Assembly: GCA_002269645.1 (NCBI GenBank)
Contig: NIVC01001448.1
Coordinates: forward strand, 156,602 to 220,601
Source of the DNA: Macrostomum lignano
Lineage: Eukaryota
Direction: 5' to 3'
DNA: 64,000 nucleotides
Of this stretch, positions 1-13,300 are shown one piece after another; the stretch's first letter is position 1; each line of letters opens with the position of its first letter. The notes under the pieces were generated by a model. It was not told the origin of the DNA. It saw only the letters and a list, made by a program, of their open reading frames with translations, and did no database searches. The position numbers were made by a program, and so were the translations under genes.

Positions 1-19
1 CAAGACTCCCCTAGATAGC

Positions 20-310
20 AAGCAACCCCAGATAGCAAGTATCCCCCAGACAGCAAGCATCCCCTAATAGCAAGCATCCTCCAGATAGCAGACATCCCTG
101 GATACAAAGAATCCTTATAAATGGCTATAGCAACCCCTTCTCAGATAGCAAGTACCCTCTACCTAAGCATCATCCAATAGCAAGTTACCCCAGATTGCAA
201 GCATTCTTCTAATAGCAAGCATCCTCTGATAGCAAGCATCCCCTGATAGCAAGCATACCCCTGATAGCAATAATCTATCCTTAATAGCAAGAATCCACCA
301 AGACAAGAAG
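20..310. repeat. Degenerate 18-20 bp minisatellite (CCAGATAGCAAGCATCC), same family as 28437-28935
   Basis: Repeated GATAGCAAGCA(T)CC core; the downstream flank AGTGCAATAAT..CCTTAG is also shared with ~29024-29042. Confidence 0.85.
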
Positions 311-1539
311 TAGCTAGTGCAATAATATCCTTAGCTTTATAGTGGCTCCATAATGTTTAACATGGTTGGCTCTTCTATGTTTGACATGGTGGCTCTTTTA
401 TATTCAACATGTAGTCATATATATGTTTGACATGGTAGTTCTTTAATACTTGAAATGGTAGCTCTTTTATGTTTGACATGGAGTCATATACTCAATTTTG
501 ATTTTGATATTCCAAATTTTGAAACTTATTTTGCATCAAAATAATTTTGATTTTGATTTTGAATTTTGACATCATTTATCAAAAAATTTTTTGAAATTTT
601 GGTTTTATTTTAACAATTTAGACATTGATGATCATGCTACACAAGAAAAAAAATCTATATGAAGTGAAAGGAAATGCGGTTCAAAGACTCAGTGGGGAGG
701 TAAGAATCACCTTTTCTACAAGAAAGATTGTGCAGGGCATATACTGTTCCAGGCCTTGTGCTGCACCCACCTCACCTCCATAAGCCCACTGGCTGAACTC
801 ATTGGCATGGATTTTAATTGGCTAAAAACTTAAAGCCTTAATGAAATGGATATAGGCTACTCGTATCTAGATCTTCAGCTTAAACAGCGGTGAAATATAA
901 TACAACTTCTACTATATTTCTATGTACATGTATAATACATAATACACCAGCATTTTATATTTTGTATTTTTAAATATTTGTAAATATTCTGGTTTAAACA
1001 TATCAAATATACTTTTTATAAAACATGTAAGCTCATACATGCAAAGGCAAGGTGTTAACCTTTTGCATGATTAGTGAAAAAGTAAAAATTTGTTAAGCTC
1101 AAAAATTTTGATTTGGATTTTGATTCTAAGGAACCAAAAATTTCGATTTCAATTTGAAAAATAATTTCAATCCATCACTAATCACAATTGGAATTCAGCC
1201 TGTCAGTTTTTTCTGTAGCATTTTTACAATGAATTTCAGGTTGAAAGAGCTGCTTGACCTTTGCAAAAAAGCATGTTTTTCAAATATTAAATCCCATTAA
1301 CATTGAGTGATTTCTTAGCCAAGATGCATGTACTATCCTAGAAAAATTTCTGATCGGATGGTGCAAGTTTGAATAAAATTGGTTGAGCCATTTTTTCTGA
1401 AATCTATTGCATAGCTACAAACAAATCATTTTTAAGATATAGGAATATAAATTTATAAACAAATGTATTTAACTTTTTTGGGATAACCAATTAGTAACAC
1501 CATGCAAAGGCACTGGGTCTTCTGTACATCTTACTGGAA

Positions 1540-1975
1540 TTGGACGGCAGCTACAAGAAAGGTGCGGCGAACCATTGCTACATACCGCAACATCAAGCAG
1601 CCGATAGATTGAAGCTGAGAACAACATTGAAAGAGCGTGCTTGCCGTAAAATCTTCACCTTGGCTATGCAGATTGCCAAGGAGGAATTGTTGCAAACTGC
1701 TGCAACATCTTGTTCCCCTAGCTTGACCCCGCATTTTTGTTGTTGACTTTGAAGCTGCCATGTAGAGAGCAGTGCACAGGTCTTCCTAGAGTCTTCTCTT
1801 CGTGGCTGCGCATTCCATTATACCCAGACTGTGTGGCGGCATATTCAGGCCATTGGACTCCAATAGGCATATATAAATGATATGGGCACACAGAGCTTCT
1901 GTCGTAAGCTCATGGGTTTGCCATTCCTGCCTAATGGATACATCGTACAAGCATTCTATGAGCTGCATGCAGTTT
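1540..1975 (+). pseudogene. Decayed MULE/Mutator transposase fragment
   Basis: Reading across a frameshift and stops gives VDFEAAM*RAV/QVFLESSLRGCAFHYTQTVWRHIQAIGLQ*AYINDMGTQSFCRKLMGLPFLP. This matches the MULE DFE...CxFHxxQ..WR..Q..GL...Y....F.RKLM.LPFLP pattern; stops TAG at 1763 and 1864. Confidence 0.75.
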
Positions 1976-2889
1976 GGATTTGGAGCGACTGCAGCAGTTA
2001 TGTGACTATGTGCAGTCAACTTGGATCCGAAGCAGTATCTAGACCACTGCGGAGCTATTGGTCTATCATTATGCAATACGTACTAATAATAATACAGAGG
2101 GCTGGCACCGCAAGCTGAACCACTGAGCATAGCCTACATTCCTACATTAATTGTCACCAAATTTGTCTAGATTGTTGCTGAATTTGCTTTCGCCAAATTA
2201 GTCCATAGTGAATCTGTTGCCAAATTTGGTTGTCGCCAAACTGGTCAGCACCTGATTGAAATGACCAACCATTCAACCAAATCATTCTTTCATCAAAATG
2301 ACAAGTTTAGAAAACTATAACACTAAAAAAATTACTTTTAAAATTGGCTAGAAATAATATTTGGCTTTTAATTTTAATAAGTTTCAGAACCTAACTACTA
2401 AGTTCTAGCATAAATTAAAGTCATTCTAAAATACAACAAGAAAATGAATTATTTATTTTAACCAATCATTTTAACCAGACATACTTAAAAATTTGACAAA
2501 ATTTTCTCTGTTTACTTTTGACCTTGTCCTGTTGTCCTTGCTTAGGCCTACTAGGCCTAGGCCTATATTAGATGTGGGGTTTCTCAACATAACATATATT
2601 CCAACAGACATTCAATATGATTGTCCGTGTATTGAATCTTAATTACCTAAATTTCGCAAATTTTTTGTCTGTCTTAAAAGTCTGTTCAGAACTAGTACAC
2701 TGACCTAAGCCAAATTCAAATTCAAATGCATTTTACAGTGATCACTGATCAGCTTAGGCCCCTAATACGCCTATAAAATTATTGTCGTATTGAGAATTAA
2801 TAAAGTACCCACTAAGATATTTTCATTAAAAACACAAAAAAACACGATTGCATTAAAAAATTGACGGCAGAAACAGAGACAACTCTTAC

Positions 2890-2936
2890 CTTCTCAAGCT
2901 TCTCCAATCCAAATTTGCAACCCGCATAAGGAAAAT
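2890..2936 (-). other. Candidate 47-nt exon of an unidentified minus-strand gene
   Basis: On the minus strand the acceptor ctctttcatcgcag| and donor |gtaagag flank an open frame (DFPYAGCKFGLEKLEK). No recognisable homology. Confidence 0.25.
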
Positions 2937-4315
2937 CTGCGATGAAAGAGATTACTTTTTAAATTTGAAGAAAATCGTTAGTTAATTTCAAGCCGTCAAG
3001 GCAATGCAATTTTATTTGTAGACTCAAAATTTTTTTTAGTAATTAACGGTGGATTGTTATATTGTATTAACTAAAGTTTTAGTTAAAAAGCTTCTCAGAT
3101 TTTTTAGCATGCAAGAAAACCCTCATAAACTAAAATCTTTAATTTTTCTGTAATTTCTGAAACTTTTTCTTAAATGGCTAAATTTCATTTGTTTATAACT
3201 ATAACAAGTTCTTAGTACTGAAAAGCCTTAAGAAATTAAAAATGAAAGTATATCCATAAGATTCTAATTTAATTGAACTTTTTAATTAAAAATAAAGCTT
3301 CAAAAGTCTTATCGATTTTCTTGATGAAAAGTGTTTAAATCGAAAATTCTTCCGTTCGACTTCACATTAAAGCATGGGTTAATATATACATTTAATTTAT
3401 GGACTTAGGTATTTTATTGGGTGGTTAGAATTAGGGTTGAACGAATGCAGTTATAAAATGAGTGGAAGCTTTTTAGTCCTATTTTGCTTGCTTCCTGCAG
3501 CTTTATCACGTAAGTTAATTTACTGTGCTTAAATATTACGTTTTTTCCACTTTTGGTTATTAATTTTGCATTAAAAAGCTCTTGATACAACTAGACGTTT
3601 ATTGACCCTGCATGACAGTATTATGCGATGTCCCCTTTTTAAAGCTTCCTGGCTTTATTTCGAAGAGATTGTACCTGACATGCATGATGCATTTATGTTT
3701 TGCATCATTATTCTATTTAAAAAAGGCGTCCACTTCAGTTGGCTTTACCATCATTAGTTGTCTAACATTACTTGATATAAAATATTTATACTTTTCGCCT
3801 GGAAAACGTTTTCTCCTGGTTTGATTTTTTTACCTTGTGGAGAAATTCTACAGTGCAATAAAGCAAGTTAGCACAAATCGCTTTTATACTGTACCTCCAC
3901 AATATACATGTACATGTAGAACTTTTTTGCACGCCTCTTTAAATTTCTGCACGGCTTGCTATGCAACGCTTGATATTGGATTTTTTCCTGAGAATGAGCT
4001 GTTTTTGCTCAGCTCCGAGGCGGCTTGTCTCGTTTATTTCTTCTACTAGTCAAGGACCGGAAACTAATAAATCTGACTTGAGTTTCTGACTTGAGGCGTC
4101 TGCAGTGCTCTATTGCTCTCAACTGGACCGCATCATTGTGTTTCTGTAACTATTCTATTCTCAATGCTATTCTCAATTAACAACAAAACCAAAAACTTTA
4201 CTTGCTAGCTTTTAAAATAAGTGTGAATCTTTTTTATTCTTTTTATTTCATTATAAGGCTCTATTTCTCATTTGAGAACCTGATCGAGGTTTAGTTTTAA
4301 GTCATTATTATCACG

Positions 4316-7300
4316 ATGCAGAATGAAGTATGCATGGTTTTTGCTGTATTTATTACTTTATTTCTGCTTGCTGCTAAAACGAGACATGTGTATATCGTTT
4401 CCGTGACCGAATCATCACAGCAAATTGAAAAAATGAAAACAACCATGCAAGTATTAGTTGCAAGTATAACTTTTACAACCAATATTTACGCAAATTCAGA
4501 GCGATGCGATCTTTTCCCGCTGATTCCGCTCGGACTGACCGACGTACACAACGGCATCCCTGACGATCAGATCACCGCCTCGTCGTTCATGAACGCTCAG
4601 ACACGAGCTTCATTTGGACGGTTGCACTACGCAGATGGTAAAGTCAAGCAGCTCTTTGCTTAATTGATTCGGTTTTAATAGCTACTCACATTAACGCATT
4701 CGAAACCCATCCACTCAGGCTTCCTATTCTTCCGAAATCGAGTCGGTGCGGGAGCGTGGATCGCTGGCGACCAGAACACAAACCAGTGGCTGCAGATTGA
4801 CCTAGGCGAGCGCCACGTGCTCACTGGGGTGGCCACTCAGGGCCGCAAAGGTGGTCGCGAATGGGTGATGGACTACCTGGTGCAATACGCTGACGACGAC
4901 CTGCCGCGGAACTGGCTGTTCTACCGAGACGAATACGGCTCGCCCTACCTGTTCGAAGGCAACATCGATGACCATGGTGTAGCAGAGAATCGCTTCTCCT
5001 ATCCCATTGTGGCCCGCTACGTTCGCATCAATCCGCAGCGCTGGCACAATCTGATCTCGATGCGAGCCGAACTTTACGGCTGCAAACTCGAGTCCTACAT
5101 TGCCAGCTTCACTGGCAGCAGCCGGATCGAGTTGGACCTCAGCCACGGCGTGCAGACCGTCAACGATCGGATCCAGTTCCGGTTCCGTACTCAGGACACC
5201 AACGGCCTGATTCTGTACGCATCATCCGATCAAACTGACCACCTTGCTGTGGAGCTGTACCAGTCCAAACTGAGGATCAGCATTAACCTGGGTCGGACGC
5301 CTTCGCTATCAGGTGTGAACGAGGTTTTTGCTGGTTCGCTGCTTGACGATAACATGTGGCACGATGTGCTGATTGTTCGCGAGCAGAGAATGTTTAACAT
5401 CAGCGTTGATCGAGTCAAAGTTTGGCTAGAGCTGCAGACAGAGTACATGCACCTGAATTTGAATGGAGCCATCTACTTAGGAGGAATGGATGTATTCACC
5501 AACAAGCCGGGCCTTCTAGTGCGCAAGAACTTCACGGGGTGTCTGGAGAATGTCTGGCTCAACGGTTTGAATCTCATCCGGGATGCCCGAACAACGCCTG
5601 ACTCAGACAATGCCATAGAAGGATTTCAAACTATCGGAGAGGTTGGCTCCAGGTGTCCATTGAGTAGTGCAGTGACGGACGAGATCATAACTCTAGGCTC
5701 AGAGGACGCTTTTATCAAAGCGCTACGCGACGCAGGCAGTAGCCTGCAGACATCGTTGTACTTTAGAACATTTCAAAAGGACACGGTGCTGATCTATCAC
5801 CCACTGCAGACGACGAACGGAGTAACAGACAAGTTTCTAGCCTTGGATATCAAAGAAAATGGAAACCTTGAGCTCGTGGTGCAGCTCAAAGACTCTGTAA
5901 CCAAAGATATCAGCGTGGTGTACACCAATCTTGACCCAGATGCTACGCCTGACAATTTCGCTGACGGCCTGTGGCATTACGTCGATCTGTACGCATCCAG
6001 AAACTCCATCAAAGTTACAATCGACGGCACACTGTACTCAACTATTCAGCAGCTCAGTCTCAGTTTCAACACGCTAACCTACATCGGCTGGTCACCTGAC
6101 CGACTCAGCCTCATCAACAAGAAGTGGAAAGCATTTCGCGGCTGTATCAAGCAGCTCAGCGTGCAGAGTCGAGCAGTGATCTATCGCGAGTTGGACCCTT
6201 TAAACAAGCAGGGCACGATTTTGAACGGCACCTGCGCTATGCGTGACCGCTGCATGCCAAATCCGTGCAAACGGGGTGCGCACTGCAGCCAGGACTGGGG
6301 CGAATTCTATTGCACCTGCCCGGAGGGCTACTCAGATAGCGCAGTCTGTCATCAGTCTACTCACTTCACTTCCTGCTCAGAGATGCAGCTGCTTTATCCC
6401 ACTATCAGTGAGAAGAATGCGACAATCGATATCGATGGCTCGCAGATTTTGGAGCCGGTTCATGTCAATTGCATCTTCCGGGATGGAATTGTACGAACTC
6501 TGGTCAATCATACGGCTAGGCCTGACACTTCTGTGAGTGTTCTGTTAGTTCATAATTTCTATCAAATACTGTGACTATGTGCTAGTTTCACTCAGACACA
6601 GTTTAAGAATGTAGCTCGATAATTATGGGATTGATTTTGGTGCTTTTGTGCTGTCATTAGTCCACTCACGTCCCTTGACGCCTCTTTGGTGCTGTCATTA
6701 GTCCACTCACGTCCCTTGACGCCTCTTTGGTGCTGTCATTAGTCCACTCACGTCCCTTGACGCCTCTTCGGTGCTGTCATTAGTCCACTCACGTCCCTTG
6801 GCGCCCCTTGGTGCTGGCGCCCCTTGGTGCTGGTGCCCCTTGGTGCTTGCGCCCCTGGGTGCTGGCGCCCCTTGGTGCTGGCGCCACTGTGGTGACTTTT
6901 ACGATGGCGCTGTCGTCTCGCCCCAGCACTCCATAAATACGCTCCGCTCCCCTCAATAAAAATCCTGGTTAGGCGAATAGGGCCACTCTTGTCAATCCTG
7001 GCTTTCTGCTAGTTCGAAAGGCCACCTTTAGGATACTCGTACAATAGCAAAGTTTAAATTATTTACTCAAAAGCCAGCGGGATAGACAAACAATTTTGCC
7101 TCAATGCTGGTTGTGATACCCCAACACGTATCACTGGTCAAGAAATTTTGAAATCTGACCTCACATTAAACTTTTGACAGGTAAACGGCTACCAACTGCC
7201 GGGCTCATTTATTTTCAACGTTGATTATCAAACTTCGACGTTGTCGCTGGCCGAACTGGTCCGTCGGAGCGTCAGCTGCCGTCAGATGATCAACTACAAA

Positions 7301-10300
7301 TGCCGCAACACCCGCCTGCTCAGTCGGCCGACTTTGGGCGGGACAAACCTGGCCAACCGGGCCTGGTCCTGGTGGGTGTCCCGGCGCGGCCAGCCCCGGT
7401 TCTACTGGGGCGGCTCGGCGCCAGGAATTCAACGATGCGACTGCGGCGTAACTGGAACCTGTCAGAGAGGCGCCGTGTGCAACTGCGACAGCTTCTCTGA
7501 GGCGTCAGTGGACTTAGTTGAGTATCAGCAGGATACTGGGTATTTCACCTATAAGGAGGATCTGCCAGTTACTCAGCTGAGATTTGGTGATACCGGGTCC
7601 ACCGCTGATAATAAGGAGGGTGAGTTGGTCTGGATTTGGTTTTTTGTTTGTCTCTCTCTGCTGTCTGGGTCCCTAAACACGCCAAAGATGTCCAAAGTAC
7701 GCACTCCGATGCACCAAAGACAATGAGGGTTTTTTTACAGTACATCTGGGGTGCCAAGGTACTCTAGATACTACAGTGACAGACAGAGCTTTAAAGTACG
7801 CCAGAAACGCAATAAGTACATCTGGGACGCTTAAGATTACGGGAAGACACGGTAACTGTCTCAGATACACAAGAAGGTTTCACCGGGGTCACTCAAAGCA
7901 CAACTGATGTGGTAGTAAGGATAACGTTAAACGCAACGTGAGCATTTTTAATTCGAGACAGGGAGCTCTGTGCACCCTGGCGCACTTTAAGCGACATTAC
8001 TGTCACATTGTCACATTAGTGGCATTACTGCCGACTCCCCTGAGCAGGCACACAAGCGCGCGGATACGTACGCAGTCACAGGCACACACTCACACAGGAG
8101 TGTACAGCGGTTCGAACTTTATTTATCGCTAGGCATGTACACTTCATGGCATGTACACTTCATGCGCCTAATTGCAAGGTTGGCCCTCAAGGCCGTTACG
8201 TTAATTGCACGAGCAGAGCCAAGCCGGGATTTCAATTGAGCCCCAAACTAATATGACTGCACTTGGAATCGAGCCTGGGCCGCTGGAATATCAAAGCACC
8301 ATGCTAGACCACTGGGTTACAATCCCATTTTACTGCGCAAGCGAGCTTCATGATGACCCATTGACTCGGCTTTCCAATCCAGATCTCACACAATCATCCT
8401 GCATGCCTATCTTTTATCACCAGGCCAGTTCACCCTCGGTCCGCTCGAGTGCACAGGCGACAACCTGTTTGACAACACGGTGACATTCCGTAAAACCGAC
8501 GCCACCATTGAAATGGAGCCAATCTACTCGGAGACTGAGCTGGACATCCGGTTTCTGTTCAAGACTACCCAGACTGACGCCGTCTTCTTCCAGATCAACG
8601 GCAACCGAACCGGTCACTTTATTGAGGCTCGTCTGAAGCGCGGCAGAGAAGTTCAATTCTCATTTAACGCCGGCTACGGTGTGCTGTCAATCAGCTCTGT
8701 GGCCTTCAGCAGCAACCCGGGGGAGAGTCAGGTCACTGTCATCTATAACGACAACGAATGGCATATTGTGCAATTCGAGCGCAATAGGAAAGAGTTTACG
8801 CTCAGGGTGGACCAGGTCTGTGCAGACTGCCACTGCCACTGGCTCTCTTGTAACTTTCGACTGTCTGACTCTCTTGATCTCCCTCTCTGACCTCTGACTC
8901 TCTTGATCTCCCTCTCTGTCTGACTCTCTCGATCTCCCTCTCTGACCTCTGACTCTCTTGATCTCCCTCTCTGACCTCTGACTCTCTTGATCTCCCTCTC
9001 TGACCTCTGACTCTCTGCGATCTCCCTCTCTGACCTCTGACTCTCTTGATCTCCCTCTCTGACCTCTGACTCTCTTGATCTCCCTCTCTGACCTCTGACT
9101 CTCTTGATCTCCCTCTCTGACCTCTGACTCTCTTGATCTCCCTCTCTGACCTCTGACTCTCTTGATCTCCCTCTCTGACCTCTGACTCTCTTGATCTCCC
9201 TCTCTGACCTCTGACTCTCTGCGATCTCCCTCTCTGTCTGACTCTCATCCTCTCTCTCTGTCTCTGACTCTCCCTCTCTGATGTCTGACTCTCCCAGATC
9301 TCCTTCTCTGCCTCTGACTCTCCCAAATCTCCCTCTCTGTCTCTGACTCTCTCCTATCTTCCTCTCAGTCTCTAATTCTCCCCGATCTCCCTCTCTCCCT
9401 CTCCAACTTCTGACTCTCCCCAATCTCCCTCTCTGCCTCTGACTCTCCCCGATCGCCCTCTCTGCCTCTGACTCTCCCCAATCTCCCTCTCTGCCTCTGA
9501 CTCTCCCCGATCTCCCTCTCTGCCTCTGACTCTCCCTGATCTCCCTCTCTGCCTCTCCAACTTCTGACTCTCCTCAATCTCCCTTTCTGCCTCTGACTCT
9601 CCCCGATCTCTCTTTCATACCTCTGACTCTCCCCGATCTCCCCCTTTGACTTCTGATTCTCCCATTTCTACCTCTCTGTCTCTCTTCATCTCCCTCCTAA
9701 AAACACTTGAAATATTGTCCAGATTTATTAATTGTTCGTTACTTACTAATAACAACATGTCTGTCCGCTCGCATCCTTCAACCAGGACGAGACTCGCAGA
9801 GACCGGGAGCCCTCAGACCAGGCATTCCAGTTCTTGAAATTCAACAGTCCTCTATTTGTGGGAGCCACGCAGAATTTCAACGAAGGATATCTGGGGTGCC
9901 TGTCCAATCTGATGGTTAATGGCGTGATGCAGGTGCGTTTTTGTAGCTAACTAACTGATAAACTTTTTTACATTTACCTTTACTGCCTCCTCCTGTGAAT
10001 TATAATCCCTACAATAAACACGGAACACTAATTAATACCAACAAACCAACTTTACTAGTATGTATCAACTTGATGCGTCAACTCCAACCCCAAGTAGTCA
10101 CAACCCTAAACAATCCCAACCCCAAACAACTCCGACTCCACTCAACCCCAAACCCCGCACAACCCCAAACCCCACAAAATCCCAAACCCGACACAACCCC
10201 AACCTCACACAACCCCAAACCCCACAAAATCCCAAACCTCACACAACCCCAACCTCACTCAACCCCAAACCCCACACAACCCCAAACCCCACACAACCCC

Positions 10301-13300
10301 AAACCCCACACAACCCCAACCTCACACAACCCCAACCCCACAAAAACCAACCTCACACAACTCCAACCCCACACAAACCAACCCCACACAACCCAACCCT
10401 AAAAAATCTCTAATCCAAAACAACTCAAACCCCACACAACTCCAGTCCTAAATAACCCCGACCCCAAACAACCCCACAGGACATCCGGGGCATGGTGGAG
10501 CGCGGTCTGGTCACGTACGGCGTCACCGCGGGCTGCCAGCCCCGTTGCCTGGACAACCCCTGCCTTAACCGAGGCGAATGCGTGGAGTACTACTCTCACT
10601 ACTACTGTGAGTGCGGCCTGACCCCCTACCGGGGTTACATCTGCGGCAGGGAGGTCGGAGCCACCTTCAAGTCCAGCTCCGACCAGATCAGCATCGACTA
10701 TTCGCAAAAATCCGCCGCAAAAGGAATCAACACGGTCGATGAATACATTCAAGTTGGATTTAAAACTCGGTCGAAGCTCGGAATTCTAATGCAGATTCGG
10801 AATCCCGATATACCCGAAAATAATCCCATTGAAGGGCCGAGGTTCGTATTCTTCTGCAGTTTAGTTAACATTGATTCATTTCCAAGGGTTAGTTTATCAA
10901 ACTCGACAAACACTTCTCAAAGTCGACACTTCTCAAGTCAAGCTCGACACTTCTCAAGTCAAGCTCGACACTTCTCAAATCAAGCTCGACACTTCTCAAG
11001 TCAAGCTCGACACTTCTCAAGTCAAGCTCGACACTTCTCAAAACTCGACACTTCTCAAAGCTCGACACTTCTCAAAACTCGACACTTCTCAAAACTCGTC
11101 ACTTCTCAAAACTCGACACTTCTCAAAACTCGACACTTCTCAAAACTCGACACTTCTCAAAACTCGACACTTCTCAAAACTCGACACTTCTCAAAACTCG
11201 ACACTTCTCAAAACTCGACACTTCTCAAAACTCGACACTTCTCAAAACTCGTCACTTCTCAAAACTCGACACTTCTCAAAACTCGACACTTCTCAAAACT
11301 CGACACTTCTCAAAACTCGACACTTCTCAAAACTCGACACTTCTCAAAACTCGACACTTCTCAAAACTCGACACTTCTCAAAACTCGACACTTCTCAAAA
11401 CTCGACACTTCTCAAAACTCGACACTTCTCAAAACTCGACACTTCTCAAAACTCGACACTTCTCAAAACTCGACACTTCTCAAAACTCGACACTTCTCAA
11501 AACTCGACACTTCTCAAAACTCGACACTTCTCAAAACTCGACACTTCTCAAAACTCGACACTTCTCAAAACTCGTCACTTCTCAAAACTCGACACTTCTC
11601 AAAACTCGACACTTCTCAAAACTCGACACTTCTCAAAACTCGACACTTCTCAAAACTCGACACTTCTCAAAACTCGACACTTCTCAAAACTCGACACTTC
11701 TCAAAACTCGACACTTCTCAAAACTCGACACTTCTCAAAGCTTGAGACTTCTCAAACTCGAAGAGTAAAAATTTTTGATAATTAAATGAATTTCATTCAT
11801 ACCGCTTCATATTACTAAGAGTAGGTGAAATCTAAACAAACTAGACAAAACACATATTTTAGTAAGGAAACTTAACAACCCGCAGTGAGTCAATCATTGT
11901 TCGTTTAAACAATGCCGGCGGCATCACGGTGGAAATCAATGTCGGATTCCGCTGGCACGAGGTGACAACCAGCGGGCTGGACGTGGATCTGGCTAACGAT
12001 CAGCATCACACGGTTATTGTGTACAGGACTAAGGCTGGCAGGCAGGTGAGCTTCGGGCATAGGGGGAGATGCATGGCCACTTTATTATGGCTGTATTTAT
12101 TGCCAGTATTTAGGGTAACACGGAGAGAGTGGAGGGAGCGGGTGTGAGGGAGAAATTAACAGGGAGAGGGTGAGAGGGTTAGAGTGAGAGGGTGAGAGTG
12201 AAGGGAAAGGGAGAGAAAGACGGGGAGAATGTGAGAGGAACATGGAGGGAGGGGCAGGGAGAGAGTGACAGAGAGTGAAGGGCAGAGAGAGAGTGAAGGG
12301 CAGGGAGAGAGTGACAGGGAAAGAGTGACAGGGAGAGAGTGACAGAGAGAGAGTGACAGGGAGAGAGTGACAGAGAGAGAGTGACAGGGAGAGAGTGACA
12401 TGGAGAGAGTGACAGGGAGAGAGTGACAGGGAGAGAGTGACAGGGAGAGAGTGACAGGGAGAGAGTGACAGGGAGAGAGTGACAGGGAGAGAGTGACAGG
12501 GAGAGAGTGACAGGGAGAGAGTGACAGGGAGAGAGTGACAGGGAGAGAGTGACAGGGAGAGAGTGACAGGGAGAGAGTGACAGGGAGAGAGTGACAGGGA
12601 GAGAGTGACAGGGAGAGAGTGACAGGGAGAGAGTGACAGGGAGAGAGTGACAGGGAGAGAGTGACAGGGAGAGAGTGACAGGGAGAGAGTGACAGGGAGA
12701 GAGTGACAGAGAGAGACGGAGAGGAAGAGACGGACAGGGAAACGGGGAAAGCTAGAATATATTCAAGTAAACCAATAAAATAATCGCCCCTTTCCACTCG
12801 CACAGGTGAACATCAAGATTGACGACTACCCAGTGCAGTTCCACGACTTCTCACCCATCCTGCACGAGACCTCGGACACTCGGCTGGACAACCCGGCCAG
12901 AATCTACATTGGCAGGAACAGCAGCATGCCTGCAGGATTCGAGGGCTGCATCTACAGGGCTCAGTTCAACAACTTCTTTCCGTTAAAGGCCGCGTTTCAG
13001 GAGCCAGCAAATGAGAGAGTGGCTGTGTCCTCCGGAGTTAAGGAGGACTATTGCGGGAATGAGGAGGTGAGAGGATTTAGCCTTAAATGCTTCAGGGATA
13101 GTCCTCAATGCTTCAGGATATTCCTAAATGCTTCAGGGATAGTCCTCAATGCTTCAGGATAGTCCTAAATACTTCAGGGATAGTCCTCAATGCTTCAGGG
13201 ATAGTCCTCAATGCTTCAGGATAGTCCTAAATACTTCAGGGATAGTCCTCAATGCTTCAGGGATTGTCTTAAATGCTTCAGGATAGTCTTGAATGCTTCA

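Noticed and set aside
10842-11785. 417-aa and 304-aa ORFs with KLDTSQNSTLLKTRHFS repeats
   Set aside because: Read-through of the 17-bp intronic array. The true exon ends at the GT at 10842 and resumes in phase at 11886.
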